Shown here: positions 58,301 to 64,000 of the stretch, piece after piece
How positions within the stretch are numbered: position 1 is the stretch's first letter
Layout: each line of letters begins with the position of its first letter
DNA from: an uncultured candidate division Zixibacteria bacterium
GTDB taxonomy: Bacteria; Zixibacteria; MSB-5A5; UBA10806
Assembly: GCA_963817915.1 (NCBI GenBank)
Contig: CAWFQL010000012.1
Span: forward strand, 256,001-320,000
Reading direction: 5' to 3'
Length of the DNA: 64,000 nucleotides
Position numbers and translations under genes: made by a program
Notes under the pieces: model-generated
What the model was told of the DNA's origin: nothing
Database searches by the model: none
The model's input: the letters and a program-made list of their open reading frames with translations, nothing else

Positions 58301-61023
58301 GTAATACCGACGACAACGCCGAGGTAATTTCGCTTCCATTCAATCTTAAATATTATGGGCAAAATTTCACAAATGTCCTTGTTTGCATCAATGGTTTTGT
58401 CGCTTTCGATACTTCCCGAGTCGACATCGGAGGCAATCACTGGACAGCATTTGACAACAGCCAGATTCCAGAACCGGGAGCTCCCGATGGTATTATAGCG
58501 CCATTCTGGGATGATCTTGAATACACCGGGAATGATGGCGTCTTCAAATACTATGACACCGCCAACAATAGATTCATTCTGGAGTGGAAAAATTGCACTC
58601 ATGCGGGCCAATCGACTCCGTATCCGGAAACATTCCAGATGATAATCTACGATAACAATTTTTACCCCACTCCCACTGGTGATTGCGAAATCGTGTTTCA
58701 ATACCAGGTTGTTTATAACAACGATAACGATACTGATAATCCACTACAGCCGGGACTTTACTGCACTGTGGGAATGCAAAATCTTTCAAATAGTGACGGT
58801 CTTCAATATACATACGATAATTTCTACCATCCGGGCGCAGCAGTACTGGAGGCGGGCCGTGCGATAAAGATAACAACTGCCGTCGGATTGCAGCAGCCGC
58901 CAAACATGGCCTACGACCCATCGTCGTTTGCGAAGAATGCTAATATGGGTCAGATCGTCCTGGATACACTAACAATTTCCAATACGAGCGGCGGCCCACT
59001 TGTATTTTCGCTTAATTCATTTGCCGATAATCGCCTGCTTTCTGAAAATGTAGATAGAAGGAGAATACAGGAAGAATATGCCAATCAGAAACCGATCGGA
59101 TATACGCAATCGATAGGGGCAAAACCCGACGATGCTAATCAGCCAATATATCCGCCGATGCCTCTTAATCAGGGTGGTCCTGATATCTTTGGCAATATTT
59201 GGATTGATTCTGATGAACCCGGGGGACCGTCATATAGTTGGGTCGACATAAGCGGCTCGGGGACACCGGTTTCATTGACAGACGACAGCTTTGCCGGGCC
59301 GATCGATATGGGAATGAATTTCTATTTCTATGGCACGGACTATTCTCAAATTTATATCGGTTCAAATGGCATCGTATCATTTGGCGCAGGGACGAATTCT
59401 TATAGCAATATAAATATACCCAACGCGGCAGACCCGAATAATTTTATTGCCGCATGCTGGGATGATATGAATCCCGGCGCGGGCGGTTCGATCTATTATT
59501 ATCATGATACCGCAAATAATAGATTCATAGTGAGCTATGTTGCCCTTCCGTTCTATTCGGGCGCCGCTGATGCTACATTCGAAATTATACTATATCCCAA
59601 CGGCCGGGTATTAATGGAATATGGTTCGTTGAATCCTGGATCCAGAGGACTAAATCAGCTCACTGTCGGTATTGAGAACGTTGACGGTACCGATGGCCTT
59701 CAGGTAGTAAACAATGCCAATTATTTGCACACCAATATGGCGATATTATATTCTCCCCCCGCCCGGTGGCTTTTGACGAATATTCATGAAGGCATAGTGG
59801 TGGCAGGAATGAGCGCTCCGGCAGTAGTGACATTCGACGCGACCGAATTGCCCGCCGGTATCTATACCGGACACCTTGACCTCGATACCAACGATCCGAA
59901 CCTGGCTTCAGTGGATATTCCCGTGAATTTCAATGTTGGCAATGCTCAACTTCCTAATATTGTTCAGACTCCAAATAGCTTTACGGATACGCTTTATGTC
60001 GGCAACTCTCGGAATCACACGTTGAAGATTAAAAATACTGGGGTGGGAATTTTAACAATCTCGTTTACTCATGTCGGATCATGGATTACAATCGCTCCGG
60101 GACCATACAACATCAATCCAAGCGACAGCCTTATGCAGACACTCACGGTAAATGCTTCCGCGATGTCACCTGGAGCATATTCCGGCAGCATAACTACGCT
60201 GTCAAACGATCCTGATTCCCCATCAATTAATACACCCTTGACACTCCTTGTGCGAAGCTTGCCGCGTCCGCGAATAGATGTAGCATCAACAGGGATAGTG
60301 GATACGTTAAATCAAGGGACTCAGACTACCAGAAATATTAAGATCAGGAATTTGGGCGACGCGCCGCTTATCGTAACTCTAAGCGCCATCGAAAACAGCA
60401 TCGCGCTGCATAATTCAAATGATGCTATCAATCCATTAAATATTTCCGGCAAGAAACCTATCGAAGGACAGATCCAGACTTTAGATAATCAGTCTTATGA
60501 TCCGCCCCTAATTCTGAATACTTGGTTATTCATCAGCCCCGCGGTTGATACTGTTGCGGCTGGAGACAGCATTACGGCGATTGTCACTCTGAATGCTTCC
60601 GCAATCGCTCCCGGTCCCTATCTTGGTCATATCAATTTGGCGTCCAACGACCCAGATTTTCCGTCGATTAATATACAGGTAAATCTACAGGTATTACCGG
60701 CAGGACCCGACTGTATCTATGTTGCGGGCGATGTAAACGGCAACGGAAGTGCCAACGGGCTTGATGTGACGTATGCTGTGAATTTCTTTAAAGGAGGCAG
60801 TGAGCCGCCTATCTCGTGCGATTGCCCACCGCATGGAATCTTTTTCGTCGGCGGAGATGTCAATGGCAGCTGCTCCTTCAACGGTCTGGACGTGACTTAT
60901 ATGGTAAATTACTTCAAAGGCGGTCCCTCCTACGCGCCTTGCGTAGATTGCCCCCCAACGGGAATTGCCCAGCCGGCATCTCCGGTTCAGCCAGTAAAGA
61001 AGCCAGATACAAGTACCAATTAA
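55372..61023 (+). CDS. 1883-aa gingipain-family (C25) protein with propeptide, Ig-like and GPD-GY domains, and dockerin-like domain
   Basis: GLPELP propeptide, PVQYNP, WKHLKG, IVGD, SDQDY..DG.DYL.DV, TCGTGQF..CFGEHW, YNTLGEP. Confidence 0.85.
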   Translation: MRIAIRVVLMILALFMIAQSSSNRVVLNQANIDVAPMIMNSSSQAQTSLSFRIAGIEEEPTAVAGMTYQNITAITPNPMKFGVTGEEGLPELPVFAHLIGIPDQSGVRIEILSSSYEIIENVDVMPSQPSPVEGSPEIPPFTKDDAFYQKNEFYPSEVAQLGEPIICRDLRMIQVEINPVQYNPVTKQLKVYTSIDYNLVYEGTDSRNIKIRRNNNISETFLPLYRSLIPNADEMLADYNPIRGGYLILTPDAFADTIQQLARWKHLKGYSVVVTRATELAPSGTPSSSQIFTYIQNAYQTWAVPPEFVCIVGDESGLTTYFQDSPYGGGYASDQDYSCVDGSDYLSDVMVTRMSVPNSIATLRVAMWKAIKYDSDPFMGDPGFYARGLSVGGNVGGAITPRLTTLWVREQLLRHGYSQVDTAFCTSSSWSCNADPQIPLSFNNGVGITNVRGAGSASGWWAPPFNTGNIDQLTANNKMGVLAVLTCGTGQFGEPDCFGEHWIRAGILPNALKGGPAYYGVSDGSTHTKWNNPIMIGFNWAYLEEGIYNFASAAFRGKLEDYNTYPRFVGPGSWVEHYFHTYNTLGEPELEIRTAAPVAMTATYTTTIPVGSSMLAVHVTDASRPLVGAYVCLQKDAAAPDGEVFVGGRTDSNGDITFNFNTTVAGTMNVTITSHNYIPHRGTVAVQAQAVAVNINSIALDDDNSGNSSGNSDGNVNPSETVEFAVALRNFGNSITATNVNATLTTPNSDITITVPTQSYGSIAPGGIANSNKFAAHFANNLPQGEHYILQLNITSDQGSWTAAVPVDIKSMLFSLQGMTFPNDPNSRLDPGDSSQFVVTLQNIGELGGTSLVGNLTCPDTGVAIVSGTGSFGNIPIGGSGSNSGTPFIVQISPEMYQGHNLNFNLMITSSNGSVTNKVISVVAGNIVSTDPMGPDNYGYYIYDNTDAAFMPSPIYNWVEVSPYAGGSGTRVVFPGSNTDDNAEVISLPFNLKYYGQNFTNVLVCINGFVAFDTSRVDIGGNHWTAFDNSQIPEPGAPDGIIAPFWDDLEYTGNDGVFKYYDTANNRFILEWKNCTHAGQSTPYPETFQMIIYDNNFYPTPTGDCEIVFQYQVVYNNDNDTDNPLQPGLYCTVGMQNLSNSDGLQYTYDNFYHPGAAVLEAGRAIKITTAVGLQQPPNMAYDPSSFAKNANMGQIVLDTLTISNTSGGPLVFSLNSFADNRLLSENVDRRRIQEEYANQKPIGYTQSIGAKPDDANQPIYPPMPLNQGGPDIFGNIWIDSDEPGGPSYSWVDISGSGTPVSLTDDSFAGPIDMGMNFYFYGTDYSQIYIGSNGIVSFGAGTNSYSNINIPNAADPNNFIAACWDDMNPGAGGSIYYYHDTANNRFIVSYVALPFYSGAADATFEIILYPNGRVLMEYGSLNPGSRGLNQLTVGIENVDGTDGLQVVNNANYLHTNMAILYSPPARWLLTNIHEGIVVAGMSAPAVVTFDATELPAGIYTGHLDLDTNDPNLASVDIPVNFNVGNAQLPNIVQTPNSFTDTLYVGNSRNHTLKIKNTGVGILTISFTHVGSWITIAPGPYNINPSDSLMQTLTVNASAMSPGAYSGSITTLSNDPDSPSINTPLTLLVRSLPRPRIDVASTGIVDTLNQGTQTTRNIKIRNLGDAPLIVTLSAIENSIALHNSNDAINPLNISGKKPIEGQIQTLDNQSYDPPLILNTWLFISPAVDTVAAGDSITAIVTLNASAIAPGPYLGHINLASNDPDFPSINIQVNLQVLPAGPDCIYVAGDVNGNGSANGLDVTYAVNFFKGGSEPPISCDCPPHGIFFVGGDVNGSCSFNGLDVTYMVNYFKGGPSYAPCVDCPPTGIAQPASPVQPVKKPDTSTN

Positions 61024-61056
61024 ATTCAGATGAATTAGCGCAATTGTGACAAGGAA

Positions 61057-61082
61057 AAGGGCCGCCCGGAAGAGCGGCCCTT
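61057..61082. terminator. Terminator between convergent genes
   Basis: AAGGGCCGC-ccggaaga-GCGGCCCTT. Confidence 0.7.
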
Positions 61083-61148
61083 AGTCTTATCTACGAATCA
61101 TCATTTAGCTGACGCCCATCGGCTTCTGCAAACTGAAAAATCTATTCG

Positions 61149-62318
61149 CTATTCGGATCGTAGCGCCTCGATAATTTTCAGCCGAGAGGCGCGTACGGCC
61201 GGCAAAAATCCGCCTACAAGTCCCATCACTAAAGCGAATATCATTACAGAAATAATTATAGTGGGAGATAAGGCGAAATTAAACGCGATTTCCGAAAATG
61301 TATCAAAATTAATGGTCGAAATACTTATAACCTGCAAAAGAGAAGCGGCCAGCAATCCCAGGATTCCACCAGTGACAGCAATCACGACCGCCTCTATCAA
61401 AAAAGCGACTAATATACTGCGGCGGCGAAATCCCAATGCGCGCATGGTAGCAATCTCCTTAGTACGGTTAGCCACCGCGCCGTACATAGTAATCATGGCG
61501 CCAATTATCGCTCCTAAACTGAAGATAATGCTGATAGCATAGCCCAGCACTTTAATAAAGGTGGTCGTGGATTGTGTCTGCTGTTCGTAGTACTGATTTT
61601 CCGGTTTCATGTCAATTGTCATTCGGGGATCGACAATTACCCGGTCGCGCATCTGTGTAAATTGCGAGGGATCGCTCATTTTGAAAATTATTGATGAGAA
61701 TACCGGCCGATCCGCTGCCGCCATTACAAGGTTGACATCTCCCCAGATTTCTGATTCGATCGAAGAGCCATGAGCGTCAAAAATACCAACAACCGTCCAT
61801 GTCATATTGCCGAATGTCAATATCTCGCCCAGGCCGCATTGCTGAAATCTCTCCGAAGCCTTCCGTCCTACGATAACCTCTGTCTTTCCCTGTTCGGGCA
61901 TTCTGCCTTCAATCAATTTGACTCCTGTGCGGATCGCCATTGATTTTGGGCCGATTCCCCGCATGGTGACATTGGCCATTTTGTTCACTGCGCCGCGGCG
62001 GTCTTTATTTACAATTACAACGACCTCTCCTTCGACAAGCGCCTTGCCATCGCTGTCCATTGCGACCTCGGGAAGAGTCTTTATAATGCCGGCTTGTTCA
62101 CGGCTGACATAACTTGACATTTCATTTCCGGATGACTGACGAATAACAACTACGTTATCGGGACTACCTGATGACACCAGGGCATATTTCAACCCATAAG
62201 CCATCATCATAACACCGGCAAAAACAAATACGACAAGGGCGACGCCGCCAATTGTTAAAGCCGAAGTGAGTCTGCGGGCGAATAAATTCCTAACTGAGTA
62301 TTTCAATGGTATTTTCAT
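61149..62318 (-). CDS. ABC transporter permease (MacB/FtsX family)
   Basis: RNLFARRLTS, TMYGAVANRTKEIATMRALGF, GFLPAVRA. Confidence 0.92.
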   Translation of the reverse strand: MKIPLKYSVRNLFARRLTSALTIGGVALVVFVFAGVMMMAYGLKYALVSSGSPDNVVVIRQSSGNEMSSYVSREQAGIIKTLPEVAMDSDGKALVEGEVVVIVNKDRRGAVNKMANVTMRGIGPKSMAIRTGVKLIEGRMPEQGKTEVIVGRKASERFQQCGLGEILTFGNMTWTVVGIFDAHGSSIESEIWGDVNLVMAAADRPVFSSIIFKMSDPSQFTQMRDRVIVDPRMTIDMKPENQYYEQQTQSTTTFIKVLGYAISIIFSLGAIIGAMITMYGAVANRTKEIATMRALGFRRRSILVAFLIEAVVIAVTGGILGLLAASLLQVISISTINFDTFSEIAFNFALSPTIIISVMIFALVMGLVGGFLPAVRASRLKIIEALRSE

Positions 62319-62321
62319 CTC

Positions 62322-63482
62322 TTACCCCACATTCCTTAGGCCATCGACAATTGTAGTCTTCAGTGTTCGATAAATAGGGAATAGCGCGGCAAGTAACCCG
62401 ACAATGCCCGAAAATACCAGCGAAAGGATGATTGTCAATATCCCCACATGAATTTGAGAAAAATATGTTTCCAGCATTTTCGCTATCGCTCCAGTTGTAA
62501 TAAAAGTCAAAAACACTCCCAAAATCCCGCCAAATGTAGCAATAGCCAGCGATTCACCTGTCACCAGGCCAACAAGGTGGAATGGTCTGAATCCCAAAGT
62601 CTTAAGTAGGGCAAATTCGCCGATTCGTTCCCGGGCGCTCATTATCATTGTATTGGCAAGGACCAAAAGAATAACACCTATGATCAGATAGCTAATTACT
62701 TTTAACCCTAAGATAATAGTATCAAAACCCGATATAAAACTTGCGCTAAATGCTTTTTCGGTTTCGGTTACAGTCTGCTGCGGCGAATTTTTAAAAAGCT
62801 GATCGACCGCCGCGCTAACTTCCGGGGCCATCTTGGGATCGTTAATTTCGATTACATACCATCCAGCCTGTCCGGCCCAACCCTCTGAAATTGTGCGAAC
62901 CTTATCGTCGAAATAATCCCAATTGAAATACATGGAATTCTCATCGACACCCGGCGCGTTGCCTCGATAAATAGCCTTTAAAACGAATTCCCATTGGCCT
63001 GGAAATATCTGGCTTGTCAAATGGATAACATCGCCAACTTTCCAGCCAAAGCGATCAACCAGTTTTTGCCCCGCCATGCAGCCATCTTTTTGATTGAGGA
63101 ACTGGTCTTTTTCGTCGGCCGGGATGATATATTCAGGATACATATCCCAGACCTCTTTCGGGCCTATCGCGTACTGAGCAAAGAAATTCTTTGGATCGTT
63201 GTTATAGATGCCGCCAAACCAGTTTGCATAAGCAACATTGCTGACACCTGTCACTTTAGCGATTTTGGCATCGTATGCAATAGGCAGCGGGAACGTAAAC
63301 GATACTGCATTACGGGTGATCAATCTTCTTGGAGATGCTACTTCAAGCTGCGCGTTCCAGGCTTCCAAAATCGTTCGAATCATGCCGAACGCTACTATCG
63401 CTATAGCCAAGCCCAGAATGGTAAGCATCGCACGAAGTTTATGCCGGGCAGTATTTCTAAGAATCAATCTTAAGACCCACAT
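62322..63482 (-). CDS. ABC transporter permease (MacB/FtsX family)
   Basis: RNTARHKLR, NWFGG, NTMIMSARERIGEFALLKTLGF. Confidence 0.92.
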   Translation of the reverse strand: MWVLRLILRNTARHKLRAMLTILGLAIAIVAFGMIRTILEAWNAQLEVASPRRLITRNAVSFTFPLPIAYDAKIAKVTGVSNVAYANWFGGIYNNDPKNFFAQYAIGPKEVWDMYPEYIIPADEKDQFLNQKDGCMAGQKLVDRFGWKVGDVIHLTSQIFPGQWEFVLKAIYRGNAPGVDENSMYFNWDYFDDKVRTISEGWAGQAGWYVIEINDPKMAPEVSAAVDQLFKNSPQQTVTETEKAFSASFISGFDTIILGLKVISYLIIGVILLVLANTMIMSARERIGEFALLKTLGFRPFHLVGLVTGESLAIATFGGILGVFLTFITTGAIAKMLETYFSQIHVGILTIILSLVFSGIVGLLAALFPIYRTLKTTIVDGLRNVG

Positions 63483-63484
63483 AT

Positions 63485-64000
63485 TTATTTCAGCTCCCCT
63501 TTATCGAGATACATGCGAACATGGGCTTTGTCGGCGGCGCGGGGATCGTGTGTGACCATTATGATCGTTTTTTTAAATTCAGAATTGAGTCTCGATAGTA
63601 ATGTCATGATTTCTTCGGCTGAGGTCTTATCCAAATCGCCGGTCGGTTCATCGGCAAGAATCAATTTAGGATCTGTAACCAGGGCCCTTGCTATCGCCAC
63701 GCGTTGCTCCTGGCCACCTGACAATTGGCGGGGGTAATGCTTCATGCGATCTTCAAGGCCGACAACCTTGAGAGCGAATATTACATGTTCGTGGCGCTCT
63801 TTTCGAGTTAGCTTTGTGAGGAGCAGGGGCAATTCGACATTTTCATAGGCGGTTAATACGGGGATGAGGTTGTAGAATTGGAATATGAAGCCGATATGCC
63901 CCGCGCGCCATTTGGCCAGCGCGCTCTCATTCAATGAGCTGATTTTGACTCCGGCAACAGTAATATCGCCTGAAGTCGGTCGATCAAGCCCGGCAGTCAG
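63485..64000 (-). CDS. ABC transporter ATP-binding protein (LolD/MacB-like); 5' end outside the window
   Basis: [28 protein letters not shown]; frame open to 64000. Confidence 0.93.
   Translation of the reverse strand: MTAGLDRPTSGDITVAGVKISSLNESALAKWRAGHIGFIFQFYNLIPVLTAYENVELPLLLTKLTRKERHEHVIFALKVVGLEDRMKHYPRQLSGGQEQRVAIARALVTDPKLILADEPTGDLDKTSAEEIMTLLSRLNSEFKKTIIMVTHDPRAADKAHVRMYLDKGELK

Noticed and set aside
43662..60957. Dockerin-coding DNA repeats as DGR template/variable repeats
   Set aside because: Differences are largely synonymous and not adenine-specific, all copies are coding, and no reverse transcriptase is present
1840..63737. Numerous antisense and alternate-frame ORFs in the track (e.g. 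1935-2522, 4403-4972, 38535-39158, 58021-58701)
   Set aside because: They overlap well-supported genes and show no motifs; treated as shadow ORFs

Overview
Bacterial chromosomal window. The abundance of dockerin-like C-termini, C25/M1/M14/S8 peptidases and OmpA/TolC suggests a diderm of the FCB/Zixibacteria type (inference only). Positions 1-21 kb are mostly housekeeping: a 2-oxoacid dehydrogenase operon (probably branched-chain) with an embedded acyl-CoA thioesterase, a ferritin-like protein, a ferredoxin, lipB, an NHL/thioredoxin protein, queG, an Rrf2 regulator, a tRNA thiolase, an ECF S component, engB, purA, TolC, trxA, OmpA and mazG, with REP-like palindromes between genes. An accessory region starts at a tRNA-Ser(GGA) at 22271. 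The 3' end of that tRNA recurs, with homologous flanks and paired direct repeats, at about 44.0 and 52.7 kb, which suggests tandem site-specific insertions. The cargo has three parts: (i) a giant surface protein, an Fn3 protein and a probable beta-barrel; (ii) an integrase remnant and an hdrCB-hdrA(N half)-nuoE-nuoF-[nuoG(N)::hdrA(C half)]-mvhDGA-hycI operon, where HdrA is split inside its ferredoxin domain and an HydABC/Bfu-like NADH module is nested in the break; (iii) six consecutive genes, four of them peptidase-family, all ending in the same dockerin-like domain. The window ends in a MacB/FtsX-type ABC transporter. About seven single-base frameshifts, mostly in short runs, look like assembly errors.
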